Below, in pieces: positions 28,658 to 39,125 of a stretch of DNA of 64,000 nucleotides. The position numbers were made by a program, and so were the translations under genes. How positions within the stretch are numbered: position 1 is the first letter of the stretch; the number at the start of each line of letters is the position of its first letter. The notes below the pieces were generated by a model that saw only the letters and a program-made list of their open reading frames with translations, was not told the origin of the DNA and did no database searches. The DNA comes from an uncultured Clostridium sp. (GTDB taxonomy: Bacteria > Bacillota > Clostridia > TANB77 > CAG-508), in contig CANEHB010000001.1 of assembly GCA_947427205.1 (NCBI GenBank), positions 81,334 through 145,333 on the forward strand. The letters run 5' to 3'.

Positions 28658-30403
28658 ATGTGGAAGAAAAAAATTAAAAACAAAAAGAAAAAAATAATTA
28701 TAACTATTGTTGTTATAGCATTACTAATAGTAATATGGAATGCGTTAAAACCCAAAACAGTAGAGGATGAAAAAATAGAAACAGAAGCTATAGAAAAAAG
28801 AACTATTGCACAAAGTATTAGTTCAACTGGTGTAATAAAAGCAAATGATATTAAAGATATTGTATCAACACTTACTGGTATGAAAATTACTTCTGTAAAA
28901 GTTAAAGAAGGGGATAAAGTTTCTGCAGGAGATGTTATTTGCACATTTGATACTACAAGTTTAGCAAATAATTTAAATGATTTACAAAAAAGTGTAAGTG
29001 TAACTAATGCTCAAAATAATTTAAGTATGCAAGGAGCAAGAAGAAGTTTAAATGATGCAATTTCAAATAGAGATACTCAAGTATCTGTAAGTCAAAGGGA
29101 TGTTGATAATGCAGCAAATGCATACAATAACGTTCAAAATCAATTAAATCAGGTAAATGCAGAACTTGCAAATCAAAGTGCTGCTTTAGCATCATATCAA
29201 GCCACATATATTGCAGCAGAAAATAGTTTTAAAGCTGTTGAAAGTGCATATACAGCTAAAGAAGTAGCTTATAATACAAAACTAAATGAAGTAAATCAAA
29301 AACAAGCTGAAATAAATGATTGCCAAGCAAGATTAGATCAAAAAATTGCTAATGGAGAAGCTGATACAGAAAATCTTGCAGGACAAATTGAGACTAAAAA
29401 AGTTGAATTACAAAGCTTAAGCTTAGCTTTAAATTCTGCACAATCAGATCTTATGCTTTATAAAACATCAACTTATGACGTAGCAGCTCAAAACTTTACA
29501 CCAATACAAAGTCAATATACTGCTTTAAGTCAAGCTGTATCAAATTTACAAGGTCAAAAAGCAAGTTTAGAGGCAAATGCATCAAGTTTAAAATCTGCAT
29601 ATGATGGAACTGTTACAGCATATAATACAGCAGTATCTACTGCTAATAGTTCAGTTGCAAGTCTTCAAGATGGCTTAGCAAGTCAAGAATTAGCCTCAAG
29701 TATTGGAACTCAGAGTCAAACTACACAAATAAAAGAGCTTCAAAAACAATTAGCAGAAGGAAATTTAACAGCTGGTACTTCTGGAACAGTTACAAAAGTA
29801 AATGTAAAATCAGGAGATGTTTATACAGGTTCTTCTATAGCAACTATTGAGGGATGTGAAGATTTTATAATTGAGGCTGAAATTGATGAATATGATATTG
29901 CAGATGTAAAAAATGGAATGAAAGTTCTAATAAAAACAGATGCAACAAGAGATGAAGAATTGGAAGGAAGAATAATCTATACAGCTGTGAGTTCAACTGC
30001 TTCAGCATCAGCAGGTGTTGCAGGTATGACAAGTGGTATGACATCAGGTTCTAATGCTACTTATACTGTAAAAATTGCACTAGATACACCAAATGATAGA
30101 TTACGTCTAGGAATGAATGCAAAATTAAGTATTATTACAGAAATGAAAGAAAATATATGGACAGTTCCATATGATAGTGTATATACAAGAGAAGATGGAA
30201 CAAAATATATTGAAATTGCTAAAAATGAAACAGGAGAAGAAAAAGAAGAACTTGATGTACAAACAGGAATAGAAGGATCTTATTATATAGAAATTATTTC
30301 TGATAAATTAAAAGATGGAATGAAAATTGTGTTACCAAAAATTAATGCAGGAGATTCAATAGAAAATCTTTTAGAAATGATGGGAGCAGATGCAGGAATA
30401 TAG
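28658..30403 (+). CDS. efflux transporter periplasmic adaptor subunit (HlyD/MacA/YknX family) with an extended coiled-coil
   Basis: N-terminal TM anchor, a long Q/A/S/N-rich coiled-coil, C-terminal beta-barrel/lipoyl-like domains; precedes the MacB-type ATPase and FtsX permease genes. Confidence 0.7.
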   Translation: MWKKKIKNKKKKIIITIVVIALLIVIWNALKPKTVEDEKIETEAIEKRTIAQSISSTGVIKANDIKDIVSTLTGMKITSVKVKEGDKVSAGDVICTFDTTSLANNLNDLQKSVSVTNAQNNLSMQGARRSLNDAISNRDTQVSVSQRDVDNAANAYNNVQNQLNQVNAELANQSAALASYQATYIAAENSFKAVESAYTAKEVAYNTKLNEVNQKQAEINDCQARLDQKIANGEADTENLAGQIETKKVELQSLSLALNSAQSDLMLYKTSTYDVAAQNFTPIQSQYTALSQAVSNLQGQKASLEANASSLKSAYDGTVTAYNTAVSTANSSVASLQDGLASQELASSIGTQSQTTQIKELQKQLAEGNLTAGTSGTVTKVNVKSGDVYTGSSIATIEGCEDFIIEAEIDEYDIADVKNGMKVLIKTDATRDEELEGRIIYTAVSSTASASAGVAGMTSGMTSGSNATYTVKIALDTPNDRLRLGMNAKLSIITEMKENIWTVPYDSVYTREDGTKYIEIAKNETGEEKEELDVQTGIEGSYYIEIISDKLKDGMKIVLPKINAGDSIENLLEMMGADAGI

Positions 30404-30420
30404 AGAGGAAATGTAATAAT

Positions 30421-31119
30421 ATGAGTTCAATTATAAAATTAGAAAATATAGTTAAAAAGTTTTATGTAGGTGAGCCAAATGAACTAGAAATATTGCATGG
30501 AATCTCATTAGAAGTAGAAGAAGGAGAATTTGTTGCAATAGTAGGACCATCTGGTTCAGGAAAATCTACATTAATGAATATGATAGGGGTATTAGATAGG
30601 CCAACATCAGGAAAATACATATTAGATGGTATTGATGTTGGAGAAGCTGATGAATCAGAACTTTCAGAAATTAGAAATGCAAAAATAGGATTTGTTTTTC
30701 AAACATATAATTTAATAGCAAAAACAAATGCTTTGAAAAATGTTGAATTACCAATGTTATATGCAGGAGTTCCAAGAGGAGAAAGAATTAAAATAGCAAA
30801 AGAACTATTAGAATTAGTTGAAATGGGAGAAAGAGAAAAGCATTTACCAGAAGAATTGTCAGGAGGACAAAAACAAAGAGTAGCTATTGCGAGAGCAATG
30901 GCAAATGATCCAGCTATTATTTTAGCTGATGAACCAACAGGTGCACTAGATTCTAAAACTGGTAGATTAGTTATGGATTTATTTCATAAATTAAATAGAG
31001 AAAAACATAAAACTATAGTTTTAATAACACACTCAGATGAACTTGCAAAAGAAACAGATAGAATTATATCAATAAAAGATGGAAATATTTTAAACGAAAC
31101 AAAAGGAGGAAAAAAATAA
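30421..31119 (+). CDS. ABC transporter ATP-binding protein (MacB/FtsE-like)
   Basis: Walker A GPSGSGKST, signature LSGGQKQRVAIARA, Walker B ILADEPTGALD. Confidence 0.9.
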   Translation: MSSIIKLENIVKKFYVGEPNELEILHGISLEVEEGEFVAIVGPSGSGKSTLMNMIGVLDRPTSGKYILDGIDVGEADESELSEIRNAKIGFVFQTYNLIAKTNALKNVELPMLYAGVPRGERIKIAKELLELVEMGEREKHLPEELSGGQKQRVAIARAMANDPAIILADEPTGALDSKTGRLVMDLFHKLNREKHKTIVLITHSDELAKETDRIISIKDGNILNETKGGKK

Positions 31120-32411
31120 TGCTTCTTATATGGGAAAATATTATTTTGGCTATAAATAGTTTACTTTCCAATAAAATGAGAGCATTATTAACAATGCTTG
31201 GAATTATTATTGGTATTGGTTCAGTTATTGCTATTATTACTGTAGGAGATTCGCTTACACTTTCAGTTTCAGAAAATATGCAATCAATGGGAGCTAATGA
31301 TGTTTATGTTATGCTAAATTCAAGATCAGCAGAAGAAGAAACCTCTGAAATAGATGGTATAAAATACGGAGCATTACCATCAGATGGATATACAGAAGAT
31401 GATTATATTACAGAAGATATGATAAAAGAAATGTGTGATAAGTTTTCTGATGAGATATATGCAATTAATTTGCAATATAATGCAGGAAGTGGAACAGCTA
31501 ATAAAGGTAAATCTGAAGCAAGTATTAATTTAGTTGGAAATAGTGTTGGATATTATGTAACTAATAAATTAAACTTAATAAGTGGTCATATGTTTTCAGA
31601 ATCTGATTTTGAAGAAAGAAAAAAAGTAGCGATTGTATCAGATAAATTAGTAAATAAACTATATGATGGTGATAGTATGAAAGCATTAGGGGAAGAAGTA
31701 GTACTATCAATAAATGGAAAAACAGAAAATTTTACAATTGTAGGTGTTTATGAATATCAATCTATGGGAATGATGGGAATGTCTATGGGAGGAGATAATA
31801 TTACAACAGACTTTTATGTACCATTAAAAACAGCAATGGACTTTAATCATGCTCCAATTTCATACCCATATGTTCAAATTATTACGTCAGTTGGTGTTGA
31901 TAGTGATGAATTATCTGTAAAGATAGAAAAGTTCTTTGAACCTTATTATAAATCAAATAGAAATTGTGAAGTAAATGTAGTAACAATGAGCAGTATGGTA
32001 TCAATGCTTACAGATATGCTATCTACAATAACACTTGCAATTTCAATAGTTGCAGGAATAGCATTAATAGTTGGTGGAATAGGTGTTATGAATATAATGC
32101 TTGTATCTATAACAGAAAGAACAAGAGAAATTGGAACTAGAAAAGCATTAGGAGCAAAAAATTCTTCGATAAGAATGCAGTTTATAGTAGAAGCAATGAT
32201 AATATGTTTAATAGGAGGAATTTTTGGAGTTACATTAGGTGTTGGTGGAGGAGTGCTTGCATCAAATTTACTAGGATATCCAGCAAGACCATCAATTTCT
32301 GGAATTATAGTTTCACTTATTTTCTCAATGTCTATAGGAATATTCTTTGGATATTATCCAGCAAACAAAGCTGCAAAAATGAATCCAATTGATGCACTAA
32401 GATATGAATAA
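31119..32411 (+). CDS. ABC transporter permease (FtsX/MacB family)
   Basis: N-terminal TM, a large extracytoplasmic domain, and a C-terminal FtsX 3-TM bundle; start overlaps the ATPase stop (TAATG). Confidence 0.85.
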   Translation: MLLIWENIILAINSLLSNKMRALLTMLGIIIGIGSVIAIITVGDSLTLSVSENMQSMGANDVYVMLNSRSAEEETSEIDGIKYGALPSDGYTEDDYITEDMIKEMCDKFSDEIYAINLQYNAGSGTANKGKSEASINLVGNSVGYYVTNKLNLISGHMFSESDFEERKKVAIVSDKLVNKLYDGDSMKALGEEVVLSINGKTENFTIVGVYEYQSMGMMGMSMGGDNITTDFYVPLKTAMDFNHAPISYPYVQIITSVGVDSDELSVKIEKFFEPYYKSNRNCEVNVVTMSSMVSMLTDMLSTITLAISIVAGIALIVGGIGVMNIMLVSITERTREIGTRKALGAKNSSIRMQFIVEAMIICLIGGIFGVTLGVGGGVLASNLLGYPARPSISGIIVSLIFSMSIGIFFGYYPANKAAKMNPIDALRYE

Positions 32412-32525
32412 TATCCTTATGAGGATATTTGTTACTGGACATTTTTGTCCTATGAGACATATGTTAATATTAAAATTGATATAAATTTGTTTCAAATATA
32501 ATATATATTAATTATTTACACTTTG

Positions 32526-32568
32526 ATGGCGCAACCTATAAATGAAGATATTTTATAGATTGCGCCAT
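32526..32568 (+). other. GC-rich compound hairpin in the AT-rich intergenic region
   Basis: Outer stem atggcgcaa/ttgcgccat (9 bp) enclosing an inner stem ctataaa/tttatag. Confidence 0.4.
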
Positions 32569-32758
32569 TTCACATTCATTTTGTCTGGTTGATTATATGG
32601 TGTTTTAAAATTAATATATATTATATTTGGAACTATTTTTTAAAATTAAAAAATAAGTTATGAATTGTAACTAATCATTTTAATTATTGTAGAATAAAAA
32701 TAACTTTTATGTTATAATAATTAAATAATAGAAAATAAAGGAAATATTATGGAGAATT

Positions 32759-33274
32759 ATGGAGAATAAAAATAAAGAAAAGATTGGATTTACAATAGGT
32801 AAATTTGCTCCTTTACATAAGGGACATCAATACTTAATTGAAACAGCTCTAAAAGAAATGGATAAAGTAATTGTAGTTGTTTATGATACAGATGTAATAG
32901 ATATTGAAGCAGAAAAAAGAGCAAATTGGATAAAAGAATTATATCCAAATGTAGAAATAAGATTTGCTCATAATCCACCATCTAAGTATGGTTTAGATGA
33001 AGAAAGTGTTAATATTCAAATGAAATATTTGAGTGAAATAATAAAAGATGAAGTGCCAACACATTTTTATAGTAGTGAAAAATATGGTGCAAGTGTTGCA
33101 AAGTATATGAACATTGTTGATAGACGTGTAGATAATGAAAGAGCTACAGTACCAATTAGAGCTACTGAAATTAGAAATGATATTGAAAAAAATAAAAAAT
33201 GGATAGAAGATAATGTTTATTTAGATTGCAAGGATACACACAAACTGACCAAACATTCTATAGATAATTTATAA
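32759..33274 (+). CDS. cytidylyl/adenylyltransferase-like nucleotidyltransferase (HxGH motif; NMNAT/NadM-like)
   Basis: 171 aa with GKFAPLHKGH at the N-terminus, typical of the (H/T)xGH nucleotidyltransferase superfamily. Confidence 0.5.
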   Translation: MENKNKEKIGFTIGKFAPLHKGHQYLIETALKEMDKVIVVVYDTDVIDIEAEKRANWIKELYPNVEIRFAHNPPSKYGLDEESVNIQMKYLSEIIKDEVPTHFYSSEKYGASVAKYMNIVDRRVDNERATVPIRATEIRNDIEKNKKWIEDNVYLDCKDTHKLTKHSIDNL

Positions 33275-33344
33275 ATTTAGTAGTATAATGTATAAACGTT
33301 AGATTTATTACTCGAAAAAGGAATAATAAATTTTGGGGGATATA

Positions 33345-35069
33345 ATGAAAGAAGATAGAGAAGTAAGAAAAGTAACAGATTTAAAAGATATGTTAAATCA
33401 AACAGTAGATTTATATGGAGATAATCCAGCTTTTAAATTTAAAAAAAGAATGTATAAAAAAGATGAAAAAGTAGAATTTAATCAAATTACATATAAAGAA
33501 TTTAAAAATGAAATAGATTCTTTTGGTACAGTTTTGAATTTTTTAGGTCTACAAAATGAAAGAATAGCATTAATATCAAAAAATAGATATGAATGGACAT
33601 CAGTATATTATGCTGTAACTACAGGAGATAAAGTAATAGTGCCATTAGATAAAGCGCTTCCAGATAATGAAATAATTTCTTTAGCTGAGCGTAGTGAAGC
33701 TAAAGCTATAGTATTTGAGGATAAATACATAGAAGTAATGAAGAAAATAAAAGATGAGAAATTATCTAAAATAGAATATTTTATTTGTTTTGATTTTGAA
33801 GAAGACAAAGATGAATTTTTATCATATAAAAAGTTATTACAAAAAGGAAAAGAACTTTTAGATTCAGGAGATAGAAGTCATTTAGATGCTGAAATTGATC
33901 CAGAAAAAATGTCCATAATGTTATTTACTTCTGGAACTACATCAATGTCAAAAGCTGTAATGCTTTCACAAAAAAATATATGTGCTAATGTTATGGATTT
34001 AGTAAAAATTATTAAATTTGATGATAAAGATTGTATGCTTGCACTTCTTCCATTTCATCATGCGTTTCAAGCAATTATAAATCACGTTGTTGTATATATT
34101 GGTGGATGGATATCTTTTTGTGATGGATTAAAATACATTCAGCAAAATTTATGTGAATATAAACCAACAGTTATAGTTTGTGTACCATTAATTATGGAAA
34201 GTATATATAAGAGAATCATGAAAAATATTGATAAACAAGGAAAAACAAAACTTGTAAACAGAATGATTAAAATTACAAATGTATTAGATAAAGTGCATAT
34301 AAAATTAAAAAGAAAAGTATTTAACGAAGTACATGAAGCTATTGGGGGAAATGTAAGATTAGTAGTTGTTGGAGCAGCTGCAATGGATCCAAATCTTATA
34401 AAATCTTTAGGTGGATTAGGTTTAAGACTTGTTCAAGGTTATGGATTAACTGAAACTTCACCAGTTGTTGCAGTAGAGTCAGATGGGCTAGAGAGAAAAG
34501 GTTCTGTAGGAAAAGTTATGCCTTCATTTGAAGCAAAAATAGATAGTCCAGATGAAAAAGGAATTGGAGAAATTTGTGTAAAAGGTCCAAGTGTTATGAT
34601 TGGATACTATAATAACAATGAAGCAACAGAAGAGGTTATGTCTGGTGGTTGGTTCCATACAGGTGATTTAGGATATTTAGAAGATGACTTTTTATATATA
34701 ACTGGAAGAAAGAAAAATGTTATTGTTCAAAAAAATGGAAAAAATATTTTTCCAGAAGAATTAGAAACATTAATAAGTTATATTCCTGGTGTTAAAGAAA
34801 GTATAGTTTATGGAAAACCAACAAGAGATGATGATTTAGATGTATGTGTAAAAATAGTATATGATAAAGATGAAATCAAAAATATTATGGGATATATTAA
34901 TGAGGATGAAATTCATAAATTTATGAAAGAACATATTGCAGATATTAATAAAAATATGCCACCATATAAACATATAAGAGAAATAATAGTTACAGATGAA
35001 GAACTAATAAAAACTACAACAGCAAAGGTTAAAAGACATGAAGAAATAGCTAAAATTTTAGGAAAGTAA
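33345..35069 (+). CDS. long-chain-fatty-acid--CoA ligase (AMP-binding enzyme)
   Basis: AMP-binding motifs (LFTSGTTSMSKAV; GYGLTETS; WFHTGDLG; GRKKNVI); RBS GGGGGAT before the ATG at 33345. Confidence 0.85.
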   Translation: MKEDREVRKVTDLKDMLNQTVDLYGDNPAFKFKKRMYKKDEKVEFNQITYKEFKNEIDSFGTVLNFLGLQNERIALISKNRYEWTSVYYAVTTGDKVIVPLDKALPDNEIISLAERSEAKAIVFEDKYIEVMKKIKDEKLSKIEYFICFDFEEDKDEFLSYKKLLQKGKELLDSGDRSHLDAEIDPEKMSIMLFTSGTTSMSKAVMLSQKNICANVMDLVKIIKFDDKDCMLALLPFHHAFQAIINHVVVYIGGWISFCDGLKYIQQNLCEYKPTVIVCVPLIMESIYKRIMKNIDKQGKTKLVNRMIKITNVLDKVHIKLKRKVFNEVHEAIGGNVRLVVVGAAAMDPNLIKSLGGLGLRLVQGYGLTETSPVVAVESDGLERKGSVGKVMPSFEAKIDSPDEKGIGEICVKGPSVMIGYYNNNEATEEVMSGGWFHTGDLGYLEDDFLYITGRKKNVIVQKNGKNIFPEELETLISYIPGVKESIVYGKPTRDDDLDVCVKIVYDKDEIKNIMGYINEDEIHKFMKEHIADINKNMPPYKHIREIIVTDEELIKTTTAKVKRHEEIAKILGK

Positions 35070-35090
35070 ATTGTATGTGAATTATTTAAA

Positions 35091-35118
35091 AAGTGCTTTG
35101 TGAAAAGCACTTTTTTTG
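35091..35118 (+). terminator. rho-independent terminator
   Basis: aagtgcttt-gtga-aaagcactt followed by TTTTTTT. Confidence 0.8.
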
Positions 35119-35194
35119 ATATAATACAAAACATGATGAATATTTAATAATTTAAAATTTATAAAGTATTAACAAAATAAAAGGAAGAGTAGAG

Positions 35195-35851
35195 ATGAAT
35201 AATATATTTGGAGTAATAGTTACAATAATATTTATGGGAATAATTTTTATATCAGCAAGTCTTTTTGAAAAAGCTGGAAAAGAAGCAAGTAGAAAATATA
35301 TTCATATAATGCTTTCTAATTGGTGGATAATAGCTATGGTATTTTTTGATAATATGTATATAGCTGCTTTTATACCAGCATTATTTGTTGTAATAAATTA
35401 TGCATCATATAAAATGAATATCATAAAAGTTATGGAAAGAGATGAAGGGGAAGAAAATAAAGATAGTTTAGGGACAGTTTATTATGCTTTAACATTGTTA
35501 ATTCTCGCATTAGTAACTTTTGGACCATTAAATAATCCAGTAATTGGTTTATGTGGTGTAGCTGTTATGGGATATGGAGATGGCTTAGCTGCAGTAATAG
35601 GACAGTCAATAAAAAGTAAAGAATATAGAATTAAAGATAATAAAAAAACTATTGCTGGTTCAATTACAATGTTTTGTATAACATTAATGATAATTGCTGG
35701 ATTTTTAAAATATAGTAATGCAAGTTATGTTGCTATAAAATCAATATTAGTAGCAGTGATAGTTACTTTTATAGAAGCAGTTTCAATTAAAGGAACAGAT
35801 AATCTTACTGTACCACTTACTACATCTTTACTTGCTATGTTATTAGTATGA
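35195..35851 (+). CDS. CdsA-superfamily membrane protein (polyprenol/dolichol kinase-like)
   Basis: 218 aa, 6-7 TM segments, motif MGYGDGLAAVIGQ characteristic of the CTP_transf_1/dolichol kinase family. Confidence 0.5.
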   Translation: MNNIFGVIVTIIFMGIIFISASLFEKAGKEASRKYIHIMLSNWWIIAMVFFDNMYIAAFIPALFVVINYASYKMNIIKVMERDEGEENKDSLGTVYYALTLLILALVTFGPLNNPVIGLCGVAVMGYGDGLAAVIGQSIKSKEYRIKDNKKTIAGSITMFCITLMIIAGFLKYSNASYVAIKSILVAVIVTFIEAVSIKGTDNLTVPLTTSLLAMLLV

Positions 35852-35866
35852 TAGGAGAAAATAATA

Positions 35867-37738
35867 ATGATTTTAGAGAAAGTTAATTACCCAGAAGATT
35901 TAAAATCTCTAAAAATTGAAGACAAAAAGATTTTAGCACAAGAAATTAGAGAAAAAATAATAGATACAGTTTCAAATACAGGTGGACATCTAGCTTCTAA
36001 TCTTGGTGTAGTGGAGCTTACAATAGCACTACATTCTGTATTTAATTCACCAATAGATAAGATGATTTGGGATGTTGGACATCAAACTTATGTACATAAA
36101 ATTTTAACAGGAAGAAAAAATAGATTAGATACATTAAGAAAAATGGGAGGTATTGCTGGATTTCCAAAAACTAATGAAAGTATTTATGATAATTTTAATA
36201 CAGGGCATAGTAGCACCTCAATATCAGTTGCTTTAGGGATGGCAAGAGCAAGAGATATAAAGGGAGAAAATAATAAAATTTTAGCAGTAATTGGTGATGG
36301 AGCATTAACAGGTGGTATGGCACTTGAAGCATTAAATGATGTTGGAAGTAGTAATACTAATATGATAGTAATTTTAAATGATAACGAAATGAGTATTTCT
36401 AAAAATGTTGGTGGAATATCAATGATGCTTTCAAAACTTAGAACAAAAAATACTTATGTTAAAGCTAATATAAAAGGAAAAAAAACAATAAGAAAAATAC
36501 CATTTGTAGGAGAAAAAATAGTAAAATTAGTACAAAGAGGTAAAAGGGGAATAAAACAATTAGTTATTCCCAAAATGTATTTTGAAGATATAGGATTTAG
36601 ATATTTAGGCCCAGTAGATGGACACAATTTAGAAGAGTTAGAAGATATATTTAAAATATGTAAAATGCAAGAAGGTCCAATTTTAGTTCATGTTTTAACT
36701 AAAAAAGGTAAAGGATATAAACCAGCAGAAGAAACACCAGACAAATATCATAGTATATCTAAATTTAATAAAAAAACTGGTGAAAAATTGAGTACTGGTA
36801 AAAAAGATTATTCAAAAGTATTTGGAGAAAAGTTAGTAAGTTTAGCAAAAGATAATAAAAAAATAGTTGCAATAACAGCAGCAATGGCAGAAGGAACAGG
36901 TCTTTCTGAATTTGCTAAAAAATATCCAAGACGTTTTTTTGATGTTGGAATAGCAGAGCAACATGCAATAGGATTAGCTGCTGGACTTGCAAAATCAGGT
37001 TTGACACCTGTTGTACCATTATATTCTTCTTTTATTCAAAGAGCCTATGATCAATTAGTTCATGATGTAGCAATACAAAATCTACCTGTTATTATATGTG
37101 CAGATAGGGCTGGAATAGTTGGAAATGATGGAGAAACACATCAAGGGCTATTAGATATGTCTTTTACTAATACTATACCTAATTTTGTGATAATGGCTCC
37201 AAAAGACTTTAATGAATTAGAACAAATGCTAGAATTTGCAGTCAATTTAAAGAAGCCAGTATTAATCCGTTATCCAAGAGGGATGGAAGAAAGAAGTTTT
37301 GAAGTTACTGATAAAATTGAATTTGGAAAATCGGAAGTTTTAGAAAAAGGTAAAAATGTAACTATTGTAGCAGTTGGAAAAATGGTATCAAGAGCAATGG
37401 AAGTTTCGGAGATTTTAAAAAAAGATGGAATAGAAGCTTGTGTTATAAATTCAAGATTTCTAAAGCCATTTGATGAAAAAACAATTTGTGAAAATTTATC
37501 AAAATTAGTAGTTACAATAGAAGACGGATCAGTAGTAGGTGGACTTGGAAGTAAATTAGAAGAAATAATTGTAAAAAATAAATTAGATATTTCTTTAAAG
37601 AAAATAGCTTATCCAGATGAATTTATAAAACATGGAGATTGCAAGCAAATAGAAGAAAAATATAGATTAGATACTAAAAGTATAGTTGAAGAAATTAAAG
37701 ATACTATGAAGATTAAAAGTGTAAAATATAGTGTATAG
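35867..37738 (+). CDS. dxs: 1-deoxy-D-xylulose-5-phosphate synthase
   Basis: 623 aa, TPP motif GDGALTGGMALEALN, transketolase-like domains. Confidence 0.95.
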   Translation: MILEKVNYPEDLKSLKIEDKKILAQEIREKIIDTVSNTGGHLASNLGVVELTIALHSVFNSPIDKMIWDVGHQTYVHKILTGRKNRLDTLRKMGGIAGFPKTNESIYDNFNTGHSSTSISVALGMARARDIKGENNKILAVIGDGALTGGMALEALNDVGSSNTNMIVILNDNEMSISKNVGGISMMLSKLRTKNTYVKANIKGKKTIRKIPFVGEKIVKLVQRGKRGIKQLVIPKMYFEDIGFRYLGPVDGHNLEELEDIFKICKMQEGPILVHVLTKKGKGYKPAEETPDKYHSISKFNKKTGEKLSTGKKDYSKVFGEKLVSLAKDNKKIVAITAAMAEGTGLSEFAKKYPRRFFDVGIAEQHAIGLAAGLAKSGLTPVVPLYSSFIQRAYDQLVHDVAIQNLPVIICADRAGIVGNDGETHQGLLDMSFTNTIPNFVIMAPKDFNELEQMLEFAVNLKKPVLIRYPRGMEERSFEVTDKIEFGKSEVLEKGKNVTIVAVGKMVSRAMEVSEILKKDGIEACVINSRFLKPFDEKTICENLSKLVVTIEDGSVVGGLGSKLEEIIVKNKLDISLKKIAYPDEFIKHGDCKQIEEKYRLDTKSIVEEIKDTMKIKSVKYSV

Positions 37739-37748
37739 GTGAAAAAGA

Positions 37749-38525
37749 ATGCAAGATAAAATAGAGGAAAACAAATTATTAATAGCTAAAGTAGTAGATA
37801 AATTTGAGTTTTCAAAAACAAAAAATAAAATTACATATACAGATTTTTTAAATATGGCAGAAATATCAGTAGCAAAAAAATATCTAAAAGAAAATAAAAT
37901 TAATAATTTTGTTTTTTATGGTGGAAGAGAAGAAGCTGATAGAAATATTTTACTTTTTTATCCAGAAAAAATTTCTTTAGAAATGCTAGAGAAAAATTAT
38001 GAAAAAATATTAGAAGTAATAAGGATTAAATTGCCAAATGGCATAGAATATGAACATAGAGAATTTTTAAGTGGAATAATGAAATTAGGAATTAAACGAG
38101 AAAAGTTTGGAGATATAGTTGTAACAGATTTTGGAGCAGATATTATTTCTTTATCAGAAGTTTCTCAATATTTAGTAGACGGATTAAAGAATTTAACAAG
38201 ATTTAAAAAATCAGAAATTAAAGTAGAAAATATAAAAGAATTAAAAGTAGTAGAAAATGAATTTGAAGATATTAAGATAATTATTTCTTCAATAAGATTA
38301 GATAATTTTGTTTCAGAACTTGCAAGATGCTCAAGAACAAATGCACAAGAGATAATTAAAGAAGGAAGAGTTTTTATAAATCAGATAAATGAATATAAAG
38401 ATGATAAAAAAGTAAATATTAATGATATAATAACTATACGAGGGAAAGGAAAATTTATATTTTCTGGAATAGAAAAAGAAACAAAAAGTGGAAGACTACT
38501 TATAAATATGAAAAAATATAGATAA
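37749..38525 (+). CDS. YlmH-like RNA-binding protein (S4 domain)
   Basis: 258 aa with a C-terminal S4-like region (IRLDNFVSELARCSRTNAQEIIKEGRVFIN). Confidence 0.6.
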   Translation: MQDKIEENKLLIAKVVDKFEFSKTKNKITYTDFLNMAEISVAKKYLKENKINNFVFYGGREEADRNILLFYPEKISLEMLEKNYEKILEVIRIKLPNGIEYEHREFLSGIMKLGIKREKFGDIVVTDFGADIISLSEVSQYLVDGLKNLTRFKKSEIKVENIKELKVVENEFEDIKIIISSIRLDNFVSELARCSRTNAQEIIKEGRVFINQINEYKDDKKVNINDIITIRGKGKFIFSGIEKETKSGRLLINMKKYR

Positions 38526-38607
38526 AAAAGTTTGTAAAAAAATATATGTAGTGAATTATATAGAAATATGTAATAAGCAAAATATATGCATAAATAAGGG
38601 GGAAAAT

Positions 38608-39000
38608 ATGTTAGATTTAAAAGATGATATTATACTTGCAACTAATGCAAGAACTAGAGCTTATGTAAAGTATACACCATATACTGTTGGAGCAACTTTA
38701 AAAACTAAAAGTGGAAAAAGATACACAGGATGCAATATTCAAAATCATGCTATTCAAAGTACATGTGCAGAAAGGGTAGCTTTTTTGAAAGCTCTTTCAG
38801 AAGGAGAAACAGAGTTTGAAAGTATAACAGTAATAGGTGGACCAAAGGATGAAACACCTGAGCAATGTTTACCATGTGGATATTGTAGACAATTTATGAG
38901 TGAATTTGTAGATGATGATTTTAAGATATACACAGTTTATAATCAAAAAGTGGAAGCATATGTATTAAAAGAGTTATTACCACATTCTTTTAAATTTTAA
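38608..39000 (+). CDS. cdd: cytidine deaminase
   Basis: CAERVA..(C/H-A-E) and PCGYCRQF zinc motifs; RBS AAGGGGG before the ATG at 38608. Confidence 0.9.
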   Translation: MLDLKDDIILATNARTRAYVKYTPYTVGATLKTKSGKRYTGCNIQNHAIQSTCAERVAFLKALSEGETEFESITVIGGPKDETPEQCLPCGYCRQFMSEFVDDDFKIYTVYNQKVEAYVLKELLPHSFKF

Positions 39001-39066
39001 AAGTTATTATGTATAATGTTGCTTGCTAATCAAATTTTATTAAAAAAATGTGGAATACTTAAAAAT

Positions 39067-39108
39067 AAGCCTAGGATTTTTTATAAAATCTTAGGCTTTA
39101 TTATTTTT
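39067..39108. terminator. bidirectional terminator between cdd and the convergent 39126 gene
   Basis: 14-bp stem aagcctaggatttt/aaaatcttaggctt with T-runs on both sides. Confidence 0.7.
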
Positions 39109-39125
39109 AAGTATATTGTTAAAAA

